DNA of 24,570 nucleotides. Source: a virus (lineage: Duplodnaviria; Caudoviricetes). Below are positions 15,480-23,585 of the stretch, piece after piece; the stretch's first letter is position 1, and each line of letters begins with the position of its first letter. The stretch covers positions 1 to 24,570 of IMG/VR virus record IMGVR_UViG_3300025084_000214; one strand, given 5' to 3'. The position numbers and the translations under genes are program-made. The notes under the pieces were generated by a model that saw nothing but the letters and a program-made list of their open reading frames with translations, did not search any database and was not told where the DNA came from.

Positions 15480-17089
15480 AATTCTGCTCTACGAGCATCA
15501 GATGGTTGAACTGCGGACTCTTGCTCACTAGGTGCTACTTCTGCTGCTGGTGCTCCTCCTCCACCTTCATCGCCAGCAGCCATAGCGGGATCCATTTCCG
15601 CCATAGGATCAGCAATAATACCTGCTTCCATTTCAGAGGCGATTTGGTCATCAATCTCCTTAATCTCAACGTCTGTTTGCTTCAGAACCTGACGACGCAT
15701 ATACTCGACAGAGAAATATTTGCCAACATAAGGATCCATAACATTAATCTGGTTCATTCTTTCATTACGAATTTCAATCTCCTTCAGTTCAGTGAAGTAG
15801 TTGTCCGCAATGAAGTCAAATTGAACGTGATTCTTCATCGTTTCCCACTCTTCAAGAGATATAATACCCTTAAGAATGAGTTGAGTCTTCAGTAAATCAA
15901 CAAACAATTCAGAAAAACGCTTACGAAGACGAGAGATAAATTTTTGAAACTTAACTTCGTCTCTAGTAATCTCAGCAGCACGACCAATGTTAAACGTCGT
16001 TTCTGTTTCTAAACGAGAACCAGGAACATTGAGTGACTTATAAAGTTTCTTTTGGAAATACTTTACATCTTCTAGTTCACCTAAGTTCTGACCACCAGGA
16101 AGAGTTGTGATTTCTGTTCCTCTACCACCTTCACGTCTAGGTAACCAGAAGTCCTCCAGCATAGACATGAACTTTTTGTCGTCCTTAATCTCACCAGTGC
16201 TCGCATCATAAACCATCTTATTGCGATAGCGTCCCATGACTTCACGAAGATATTGCTCCGCTTTATTCTTAGGAAGATTGCCAACATCAATATAGAAAAT
16301 TCTACGTTCTGGTGCTCTACTTAAACGATAGATAACCAGAGAATCTTCAATCATTCTCAGTTGGTTGACTGCCTTAATCGCCTTATGCAGGTGACTAAGA
16401 GTCATGTTTTTGTTCAGGTCTTGAATACCTGAGTGGCAATATGTGATAGAATCAGTAGTAATTTTCATACCCTGATTAGTTGAGTTCTTTAATCCCTTTG
16501 GATTGTATAAGAAATACTCTGCTGCCTTTTGTGAAAGTTGAGTATTAAGATCTTCCCCTCGCATTTGCTCGGGTCTTTTCTGTTCGTACTCAGTAACCTT
16601 ACGAATTTTGCGAGGATCGATATATCGAATTTCTACAAGACCTGTTCCAGGACTTTTAGGGTCGATTACTTTATGGTAAAACAATCTTCCATCGACATAC
16701 CATCTACGGAAGATTTCATAAGAACGATTTTCAAAATCTAGTAAACGTAAGATTTCACCAAACTCATCTCGCATGAGTTTTTTAATTTTATCCGATACTT
16801 TCAGATTAGAAAGTTCTAATTCAACAGGAACATCATCAAAGTTTCCACAGATAGTTTCATTGACGATATCATCAACGGCACTATCACACTCTGGTTGCAT
16901 TACCATTTCTCTGTAACGAGTAATTAACTCATGCTCGTTACGAACCGTTCCATCAAGGTCAACAGAATATCCATAGTATCCGCCACCTACAATAGGTTGC
17001 GAACCATCCATGTTATCCTTTTGAACAAAAGAAGGCCCCTTGGGGACCTTCTTCGCTCTCTCAAGTGAAAATCCAAAGAGCTGCGACAT
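15476..17089 (-). CDS. g20: Portal protein gp20
   Basis: RRWYVDGR, YRLSRAPERRIFYIDVGNLP, EDFWLPRREGGRGTEITTLPGG. Confidence 0.99.
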   Translation of the reverse strand: MSQLFGFSLERAKKVPKGPSFVQKDNMDGSQPIVGGGYYGYSVDLDGTVRNEHELITRYREMVMQPECDSAVDDIVNETICGNFDDVPVELELSNLKVSDKIKKLMRDEFGEILRLLDFENRSYEIFRRWYVDGRLFYHKVIDPKSPGTGLVEIRYIDPRKIRKVTEYEQKRPEQMRGEDLNTQLSQKAAEYFLYNPKGLKNSTNQGMKITTDSITYCHSGIQDLNKNMTLSHLHKAIKAVNQLRMIEDSLVIYRLSRAPERRIFYIDVGNLPKNKAEQYLREVMGRYRNKMVYDASTGEIKDDKKFMSMLEDFWLPRREGGRGTEITTLPGGQNLGELEDVKYFQKKLYKSLNVPGSRLETETTFNIGRAAEITRDEVKFQKFISRLRKRFSELFVDLLKTQLILKGIISLEEWETMKNHVQFDFIADNYFTELKEIEIRNERMNQINVMDPYVGKYFSVEYMRRQVLKQTDVEIKEIDDQIASEMEAGIIADPMAEMDPAMAAGDEGGGGAPAAEVAPSEQESAVQPSDARRAEF

Positions 17090-17117
17090 TATAATACTAA
17101 GTTGATTGATCCTGTTC

Positions 17118-17125
17118 TATTTATC
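17118..17125 (-). promoter_or_regulatory. Late promoter variant (GATAAATA) for g20
   Basis: Overlaps the g19 stop, upstream of ATG 17089. Confidence 0.55.
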
Positions 17126-17711
17126 AAGCATCCACGGAGGCATCAATTGGAGTCCAGTACTGAGTCTGGAGTTCAACAGTAAACTCTTCAATGGCATCGT
17201 TACTACCGAAGTCCAAGTCAATAGCAGCAATGTTGCTAGGGAAGACGTTGTAGAACTTGTAAGACTTGAGAATTTTAGGAACATCTCCATTCTTAACATC
17301 GCGTGCCAACTGATGAACAGTCATGTCCGCAAAATATCCTGTTGCATCGTCTGCGTCTCCAAGACCAGCAGCAGAAGTAAAGTTCTCATTATACGCTTGA
17401 ATACTTGATGCCCAAAGTTCAAATGCGTTACGAAGAATGAAGTTGCTGTCATTCTGGATAGTTACCGTCCAAGGTTCAAACGTTCTATCACCAGCAATCT
17501 TCAATACACGTCCTCTGAAAGGAACTTCAATAACACCAATGTTCGAGGAAGGAAGATTTGCAGCACGAACAGTGAACTTACCGAGTTCAATCAGAGATGA
17601 GTTGTTGATAATACCAGTAGGGAAATTTAAATCAACTTGAAATAAATTTGGTCTCGCGAAATCCGAGGCAATATTTGCCTTGAAATCATCGATAGTTCCT
17701 CTTTTTGCCAT
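17124..17711 (-). CDS. g19: Tail tube protein gp19
   Basis: ARPNLF, GRVLKIAGDRTFEPWTVT, IEEFTVE; start moved to MAKRG (17711) behind a GGAGA SD. Confidence 0.96.
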   Translation of the reverse strand: MAKRGTIDDFKANIASDFARPNLFQVDLNFPTGIINNSSLIELGKFTVRAANLPSSNIGVIEVPFRGRVLKIAGDRTFEPWTVTIQNDSNFILRNAFELWASSIQAYNENFTSAAGLGDADDATGYFADMTVHQLARDVKNGDVPKILKSYKFYNVFPSNIAAIDLDFGSNDAIEEFTVELQTQYWTPIDASVDA

Positions 17712-17737
17712 TTTTTTAAAAGTGTCTCCGTCGCTAA

Positions 17738-17744
17738 TATTTAG
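17738..17744 (-). promoter_or_regulatory. Late promoter variant (CTAAATA) for g19
   Basis: Between the g18 terminator and the g19 start. Confidence 0.6.
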
Positions 17745-17764
17745 TACGAACAATATTTTCAGAC

Positions 17765-17791
17765 AAAAAAAGAGACCCCGTAGGGTCTCTT
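17765..17791 (-). terminator. Rho-independent terminator after g18
   Basis: AAGAGACCC-TACG-GGGTCTCTT followed by a T run. Confidence 0.9.
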
Positions 17792-17808
17792 AGTTATGTT
17801 AGTTGTTA

Positions 17809-20079
17809 TCAGGAAGCGACTTCGTTGAATGCAACACCAGTTCTGGTGGCAACGAATGTCAGGGTAATGTAGTTGATTGTGCGGGTGGGTTTTACGAAGA
17901 TTTCTGCATAGAACTCACCACGGTCAACTGCTTCAGGAGGATTGTTGTCGCTGTCGCACTTGACTAAGAAGTCAGTTACACCGCGACGACCTTGTACATC
18001 GCGAAGATAAGGTTCGACAATGTTCAGGAAGAGTGAACGCTGCGACTCATCATTCTGTTCAAACAGTTGTGACTTAGCAGCACCACTGATGACACGCTCA
18101 ATAGTGAGGAACAGACGGCGAACGTTGATTCTGTCGAATGCAGAAGCAAATCCAAGAGCAGTCTTGTCACCATAAAGGACGACGCCTTGACCAGGGAATG
18201 AAACGATTGGGTTAACGCGAGCAGCATACAAGCGGTCGCGCTGACTTCTATTAGGAGTATATGCAAGTTTAATTGCATTTCTCAAAATACCACGTTGGAA
18301 TCCAGCAGGAGAGAACCAAGGTTCTGCGACTTCGGTTGTCTGCAAGCAAAGACCAGCAACGTCACCGTTACAAGGAACATAACGATAGACATCATTGTAC
18401 TTATCGTAGATGTACTTATACCCGCTGTCAAATACAACGTAGGATGAGGATGGAAGTTGATCGAAGAAATCGATTGTGTTGTTAGTTGCTGTTGTGTTAT
18501 TGGTAATACCAACTACATTTGCTCTACGAGGAGAAACAAATACAATACAGTCACGACGCTCTTCTGCGATATTAACCAAAGACGTAACCTTAGCGATTGC
18601 ATCTGCATCACTAGCACCAGAAGGACCAGTTAAGATAAAGTCAATGATTTGAGACTCAGGGTCTTCGCCTAATTCATATGCGGTTGCAAAGTCGGCATTA
18701 CTTACGGTGTAAGTACCAGAACCAGCATAATCAGCACCATCGGTAAGTGCATAGAACGCAGTAGCGTTATTTGTAGTATTGAGAGTTACCGAATCTGTTG
18801 GATACGATTTTGTTCCACCAGCATTGTTGATGATATCAAAATCGGTTGAAGCTACTGCTCCCCAAGCGCCAGGATTGTTGGCATCAACATCATGCAAACT
18901 AGTTTCGTGGAAACCCCAGAAGACAAATTCTGAACGTTGCTTAATTACAGTTGGATAATAGTTAGTTTCTCCAACAGTAGTCTTAGCATCAGATGCCTTA
19001 GAAAGACCAATGAAACGCTCAAGAACTGCACCAGTTGTACCAGTAATTTTGCCGTCAGCATCAATAACCAAGACGTGCAATTCGTCACGACTACCGCCAG
19101 CATTTTGAGCAAAGCGACTTGTTCCAGGACGAGGAGCAACATTAACCCACTTCAATCCAGGAAGATATTCACGAGTTGAATACTCATCCGAAACTGTGGC
19201 AAGAACTACAGTATTACCAGTACCAGTGGCACCTTCTTTAACATTATCTGTAGCAGAAAATGCAGCACTACCTTTGTTCAAAGAGATGTACAGATTTCTT
19301 TCAACACCAGCTGCAGCAATATCTGCGGTAGCAGTTGAAGTTACACCAGTAACAGTTTGACCAGCAGCAATGATGGCATCAACACCAGCAGAAGGAATAC
19401 CGATTTCCAGTTTTTTGTTTGGTAGGTCAAATGCAAGAACGTCAACCTCTTTATCGGCACCAGAGATGTCAATATTTGCAGTTTCACCAACTGTAAATGT
19501 TCCTACAATATTTTCAAGTGTTAAAACAATACTATACTTATAAACTAAACCTGTAGAAGCACCTGCGGTTAGTGGTTGCTCAGGCACGAATCTCCACTCA
19601 CCACCTGATGCAGGTGCGGGACATGTTGCGATTTGGTCTGCACCAGCGTCTGTTGTGAAAATTCTTACGGAATTTCCAAGAGTTCCTGGATTGCGTGCTG
19701 CCCAGTGAAAAGTATTACTACCAGAATTTTCGTAAGTAGTTTCATACTCATCAAGGTTCTTAATAAGAACAGTGTCTACTGAACCTGTGATATCAGCAAC
19801 AGAGTTCTTCAGACTGGATGATGCAACACGAACGGTCTTAAGTATGCCACCATACGAAAGATACTGTGCTGCTGTATACCAATACTCATAGTTTGAGTCG
19901 TTTGGTTTGCCAAAAACTTCTGCTAATTCTCTCTCACTGGCAATTTGTACAATCTCATCTACAGGACCTTTTACAAAAGGTGCTGCGATAAGACCAACGT
20001 TTGCGGTAGAAAGAGTTGTAATGGTCGTCAGGTCTCTTTCTTGAAAGACTACACCTGGCGAGGATTGGTTAGCTGCCAT
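17809..20079 (-). CDS. g18: Tail sheath protein gp18
   Basis: SPGVVFQERD, PWFSPAG, GDKT, FDRINVRRLF, KPTRTINYITLTF. Confidence 0.98.
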   Translation of the reverse strand: MAANQSSPGVVFQERDLTTITTLSTANVGLIAAPFVKGPVDEIVQIASERELAEVFGKPNDSNYEYWYTAAQYLSYGGILKTVRVASSSLKNSVADITGSVDTVLIKNLDEYETTYENSGSNTFHWAARNPGTLGNSVRIFTTDAGADQIATCPAPASGGEWRFVPEQPLTAGASTGLVYKYSIVLTLENIVGTFTVGETANIDISGADKEVDVLAFDLPNKKLEIGIPSAGVDAIIAAGQTVTGVTSTATADIAAAGVERNLYISLNKGSAAFSATDNVKEGATGTGNTVVLATVSDEYSTREYLPGLKWVNVAPRPGTSRFAQNAGGSRDELHVLVIDADGKITGTTGAVLERFIGLSKASDAKTTVGETNYYPTVIKQRSEFVFWGFHETSLHDVDANNPGAWGAVASTDFDIINNAGGTKSYPTDSVTLNTTNNATAFYALTDGADYAGSGTYTVSNADFATAYELGEDPESQIIDFILTGPSGASDADAIAKVTSLVNIAEERRDCIVFVSPRRANVVGITNNTTATNNTIDFFDQLPSSSYVVFDSGYKYIYDKYNDVYRYVPCNGDVAGLCLQTTEVAEPWFSPAGFQRGILRNAIKLAYTPNRSQRDRLYAARVNPIVSFPGQGVVLYGDKTALGFASAFDRINVRRLFLTIERVISGAAKSQLFEQNDESQRSLFLNIVEPYLRDVQGRRGVTDFLVKCDSDNNPPEAVDRGEFYAEIFVKPTRTINYITLTFVATRTGVAFNEVAS

Positions 20080-20123
20080 GTTTTATTTCTCCTAGATTGT
20101 GCCGTCATCGGGTTGTCTAAGAT

Positions 20124-20131
20124 TATTTATA
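20124..20131 (-). promoter_or_regulatory. T4 late promoter TATAAATA for g18
   Basis: Exact consensus in the g17-g18 intergenic region. Confidence 0.85.
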
Positions 20132-20142
20132 TTTTTCAATAT

Positions 20143-21792
20143 TCACTTCCAGTCCCACATATAGGACTTATCAGCATATTCCGCAACTTGCCAGACATCC
20201 CCCTGAGCATCTGCAAAGTATTCATCCCCTAACCCATCATCCATAAATCCAAAAGGTGCCATATCTTGTTCGATGGATTCTTTTTGGTCATCATAGATAC
20301 GTTGCCTGACATCATTGTCATGCATTTCTCTAAAGTATGGTTGCATTGCCATCCATCCAAAAATGACAAGACACATAGCTAAGTCATCATTACACCCATC
20401 TTCTGCAGCAAATGATTGTCCCTTAACGATGAATGTAGTTAATTCTGCAATAGTGTCATAGTCTGGAATCATCAATTTGTCTTCTTCAATAAGTGCTTTT
20501 AAATTAGAACACCCTACCTGCTTTACAACAGTAGACATCTTTACACCCATTTGTGTTTTCTTGCCAGAAAATCCTTGACCTAATTGTTGACCCGCACGAC
20601 CGCGCATTGCTGCCATCAAAAGGTTCTCATATTCTAAATCAAACTGAATGATATCTGCAACCTGCCCACCAATATCATTTACCTCACATAAAATATATGC
20701 ATTATTATAATTCTTCCCCACATCAACAATAATATTAGGGAAGATGATGGGTTTAATCTCATTATTCCTATATCTAGCCACTACTCTATATGGTAGTGTT
20801 GTTGTATCCATCACCATAAATGCTGAATAATCATTAGATGTTCCTCTAGCAACATCTACAGTGATGATATAGTTATGCTCTGGGATTACATCTTCATATA
20901 CCGCAAGTCCTTTACCTTGCTTAATCGGTTCGATATACGGCATAGTCCTCAACTTACTAGGACTAATCAGAGTATCAACAGAACCGAGGAACTCACATTC
21001 AAACTCAACCTTGAACTGTTGTTCTGAAGTGTTCTTGATAGTTTGCTCTTTCCATGCAGCATCTCTACCAGGAACCTGTGACCAATGTACTTCTGTTGGC
21101 AGATATTCATTCTTTCCCTGTTCTGCATCATGCCACAACTTATAGAACATATTCATCCCATGTGGCGTGGAGATGATGATTACCTTTGTGCTTTTACCAG
21201 AAGATACAGTAGGATAGACAGATGAAAAGAACTGGTCAGCAATATGGTTCGGAACAAACGCGAACTCGTCCAGAAATATGACATTAAAAGACATGCCCCT
21301 GACGGCACTAGCGGAAGTAGATGCAGCCAGAATTTTACTACCATTCTCAAGTTCCAATGATCCCCTGTTCCATTGGAGGATACCTTGCTGGAGCCATTTT
21401 GGAAGATTTTCATAACTAAGTTGTAAGCGACCTAACATTTCACGGGCAGTCGCTGCTTTGTTTGCAAGGATTGCTACATTTACATTTTGATTGAATAGAA
21501 CATACCAAAGAAGATATGCAGTAACGATAGTAGATTTGCCAGACTGACGAGGCAACTTGGCAATATTAAATCTATTCTCATGGAAACTCTTTACCATGTC
21601 AACCTGAAAGTCGTACATGGTAAAAGGAATAACACCTTCGTCAAGGGAAACAATCCTAATATAAGTTAGAATAAAATATACAGGATCATCCGCACACTTA
21701 AGATACTCCTGCACTTCTTCAGGAGAAAACTCCTGAGCAATATTTGCCTTCTTTAGATTAGGATTGCCAAGATATACTTCAGTTGTGCTCAT
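20143..21792 (-). CDS. g17: Terminase large subunit gp17
   Basis: YLGNPNLK, PRQSGKST, FLDEFAF, STPHG, VDVARG, DDLAM. Confidence 0.98.
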   Translation of the reverse strand: MSTTEVYLGNPNLKKANIAQEFSPEEVQEYLKCADDPVYFILTYIRIVSLDEGVIPFTMYDFQVDMVKSFHENRFNIAKLPRQSGKSTIVTAYLLWYVLFNQNVNVAILANKAATAREMLGRLQLSYENLPKWLQQGILQWNRGSLELENGSKILAASTSASAVRGMSFNVIFLDEFAFVPNHIADQFFSSVYPTVSSGKSTKVIIISTPHGMNMFYKLWHDAEQGKNEYLPTEVHWSQVPGRDAAWKEQTIKNTSEQQFKVEFECEFLGSVDTLISPSKLRTMPYIEPIKQGKGLAVYEDVIPEHNYIITVDVARGTSNDYSAFMVMDTTTLPYRVVARYRNNEIKPIIFPNIIVDVGKNYNNAYILCEVNDIGGQVADIIQFDLEYENLLMAAMRGRAGQQLGQGFSGKKTQMGVKMSTVVKQVGCSNLKALIEEDKLMIPDYDTIAELTTFIVKGQSFAAEDGCNDDLAMCLVIFGWMAMQPYFREMHDNDVRQRIYDDQKESIEQDMAPFGFMDDGLGDEYFADAQGDVWQVAEYADKSYMWDWK

Positions 21793-22250
21793 TCAATTAA
21801 TGTTCCATGCGCTCTACGAATCTCTCTTAGTTTTTCTAAGTTCATATCCTTGGTGCCTCCATCATAGGCATGAGCATAACCCTCCTCGATCATTTGCTCA
21901 TTGAGAGACAACTCTTCATCTCCAATATACAACCAACCAAGAAGGCGACCATACTTACCTTGACCACCAACTAACTCAGTTCTGACAGACAACTCATCTT
22001 CACCAGCAATAGCACCTTCGAGTTTTTCTTTCATCCAGTTGGTTGCTTCGATTCCAAGAGCCTTCTCCTCTAAGTTTCTCGTCCTCTTCTCTGGCGTATC
22101 AACGCCTGCAACTCTAACTCTTTCTTTCTTGTATAAATCAAACCCGAGGTCAATAGTGACATCGATAGTATCACCATCAAGGACACGATTGATCTCCGTT
22201 ACTCGGAAGTTGTAGCAGCTCTTCCTGCTCGGTGGTGTCATTGCTCCCAT
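21789..22250 (-). CDS. Thermonuclease (SNase-like) family protein
   Basis: RVLDGDTI, RVAGVDTPE, GKYGRLLG, LNEQMIEEGYA. Confidence 0.9.
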   Translation of the reverse strand: MGAMTPPSRKSCYNFRVTEINRVLDGDTIDVTIDLGFDLYKKERVRVAGVDTPEKRTRNLEEKALGIEATNWMKEKLEGAIAGEDELSVRTELVGGQGKYGRLLGWLYIGDEELSLNEQMIEEGYAHAYDGGTKDMNLEKLREIRRAHGTLIE

Positions 22251-22386
22251 TTTCTAACTCTGCAAATGCTTCTCTTAGTATGTATATGACTACAAATAAA
22301 GCACCAGCAACTGCCAGTATCACACAGATAATTACTGACCACACAGGATCATTGGCATTATCTAGTGGTCTCAATAGTAAATTCAT
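22177..22386 (-). CDS. Small single-TM membrane protein
   Basis: 69 aa; hydrophobic stretch VWSVIICVILAVAGALFVVIYIL. Confidence 0.7.
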   Translation of the reverse strand: MNLLLRPLDNANDPVWSVIICVILAVAGALFVVIYILREAFAELENGSNDTTEQEELLQLPSNGDQSCP

Positions 22387-22463
22387 TTCTTAACTGGCCA
22401 AGTAATTTCCATTCCTACAGTAAGTAGGATAATAAATCCAAATACAAATATTCCACTAATCAT
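22383..22463 (-). CDS. Micro membrane peptide (26 aa)
   Basis: Not in track. MISGIFVFGFIILLTVGMEITWPVKK; overlaps both neighbours (ATGA with the downstream gene). Confidence 0.55.
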   Translation of the reverse strand: MISGIFVFGFIILLTVGMEITWPVKK

Positions 22464-22626
22464 GTTTCTTTGCAAAAGGTTCCCAATGTTGCCAACCGTA
22501 ATTATGAACTAGGTGCATACCGATAATAGGCACAAAAACTAATGCAAGACTGAGTGTTCCAATTCCAAAAGGATTATTGAGTGTGGCAGCAGCAATGTGT
22601 GCTGCCTTAAGTGCTACATGTGTCAT
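22456..22626 (-). CDS. Small membrane protein (56 aa), His/Trp-rich tail
   Basis: Not in track. MTHVALKAAHIAAATLNNPFGIGTLSLALVFVPIIGMHLVHNYGWQHWEPFAKKHD; starts 1 nt after the petE stop. Confidence 0.7.
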   Translation of the reverse strand: MTHVALKAAHIAAATLNNPFGIGTLSLALVFVPIIGMHLVHNYGWQHWEPFAKKHD

Positions 22627-22627
22627 A

Positions 22628-22951
22628 TTACTGAACGTGAATAACTCCTGTCATACCTGCACCTTGATGAGGACCACAGAAGAAAGTATAATCTCCTGCG
22701 TCAGCAAATAGAACATCTTGAGTTTCTCCTGGAGCAAACAATAATGCTTCTCTGGAAAGATCTGCGCGACCTTCTACAATAATATTGTGAGGAGGTAGTG
22801 CTTCATTAATAAAATGAACTGTGTCACCTGCAGAGATTGTAATGTCATTCGGTTCAAATACTAGGTTGCCACCATGACCCATTGAGACATCAACTGCCCA
22901 TGCTGGAACAGCAAAAAATAAAGTAGCCAGAAGCACAAAAAAATACTTCAT
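22628..22951 (-). CDS. petE: Plastocyanin (auxiliary metabolic gene)
   Basis: Signal peptide ending AWA; LVFEP, PPHN, C-x2-H-x4-M (CGPHQGAGM) type-1 copper ligands. Confidence 0.95.
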   Translation of the reverse strand: MKYFFVLLATLFFAVPAWAVDVSMGHGGNLVFEPNDITISAGDTVHFINEALPPHNIIVEGRADLSREALLFAPGETQDVLFADAGDYTFFCGPHQGAGMTGVIHVQ

Positions 22952-22972
22952 AAAACAAATAGTAACTAAGAC

Positions 22973-22979
22973 TATTTAC
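22973..22979 (-). promoter_or_regulatory. Late promoter variant (GTAAATA) for petE
   Basis: 21 nt upstream of ATG 22951. Confidence 0.45.
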
Positions 22980-23019
22980 TCATGAAGTATTTGATTTAAG
23001 TAAGTTTTAACAGTCTGTG

Positions 23020-23313
23020 TCAGGGATTCATCATGTCATTCAAATCATTTAAAGCATCTCTTTTTGCTTTGATTGCACCATCGACAAATCCCGATCTGTA
23101 TGCCCATGTTTGACCACCATCTTGCCCTTTCTTGGGGTTGATGCACTGTTCATTTCCATACTTATTACATACCAGACCAGCAAGATCTAACTCACTATTA
23201 TCATATGAAGCAGCAGTTCCACTGAACATGTGCTTTCCATTAATCCAAATGGCACCACATTTCTCACACTCTACTCTAGAGAGAGATAATTCGGATACTT
23301 CTTTACTTTCCAT
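23020..23313 (-). CDS. Conserved cyanophage hypothetical protein with four Cys
   Basis: CEKC...DLAGLVCNKYGNEQCINP; possible metal binding. Confidence 0.75.
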   Translation of the reverse strand: MESKEVSELSLSRVECEKCGAIWINGKHMFSGTAASYDNSELDLAGLVCNKYGNEQCINPKKGQDGGQTWAYRSGFVDGAIKAKRDALNDLNDMMNP

Positions 23314-23515
23314 ATGTTTTGTAATGCTTTATAAAACTTGTCTTGGGGAATCCTAGTCTTTCTTCTAAATCTCTTCTGATAAAGAAACTGCGGAATATAA
23401 CCCAATGCCAACGCAGTTCTAAATCTAGGAATGCAAATAACCTCATTACGTTTTCAGTGCCTGCATATGCTACAAACAAAATGAAAACAGTAACGGATAG
23501 GTAAAAAGAAACCAT
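23303..23515 (-). CDS. Small membrane-anchored hypothetical protein
   Basis: N-terminal hydrophobic segment; start set at ATG 23515 behind GGCGGT. Confidence 0.65.
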   Translation of the reverse strand: MVSFYLSVTVFILFVAYAGTENVMRLFAFLDLELRWHWVIFRSFFIRRDLEERLGFPKTSFIKHYKTYGK

Positions 23516-23538
23516 AATAGTACCGCCTTGTTGTGACA

Positions 23539-23567
23539 AGTATACTACTATTTACCCAGATTGTCAG
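23539..23567 (-). promoter_or_regulatory. Sigma70-like promoter with an embedded late-type box
   Basis: CTGACA-17 nt-TATACT, with GTAAATA (23549-23555) inside the spacer. Confidence 0.6.
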
Positions 23568-23585
23568 TTACAATGTGTTAAGATA

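Noticed and set aside
20143-21792. Intron or intein in the terminase or other core genes
   Set aside because: g17, g20, g23, g46, g47 and uvsW are continuous and of ordinary length.
22995-23011. Pho-box-like TTAA pair with 11-bp spacing upstream of petE
   Set aside because: Only two weak half-sites in AT-rich DNA; likely chance.
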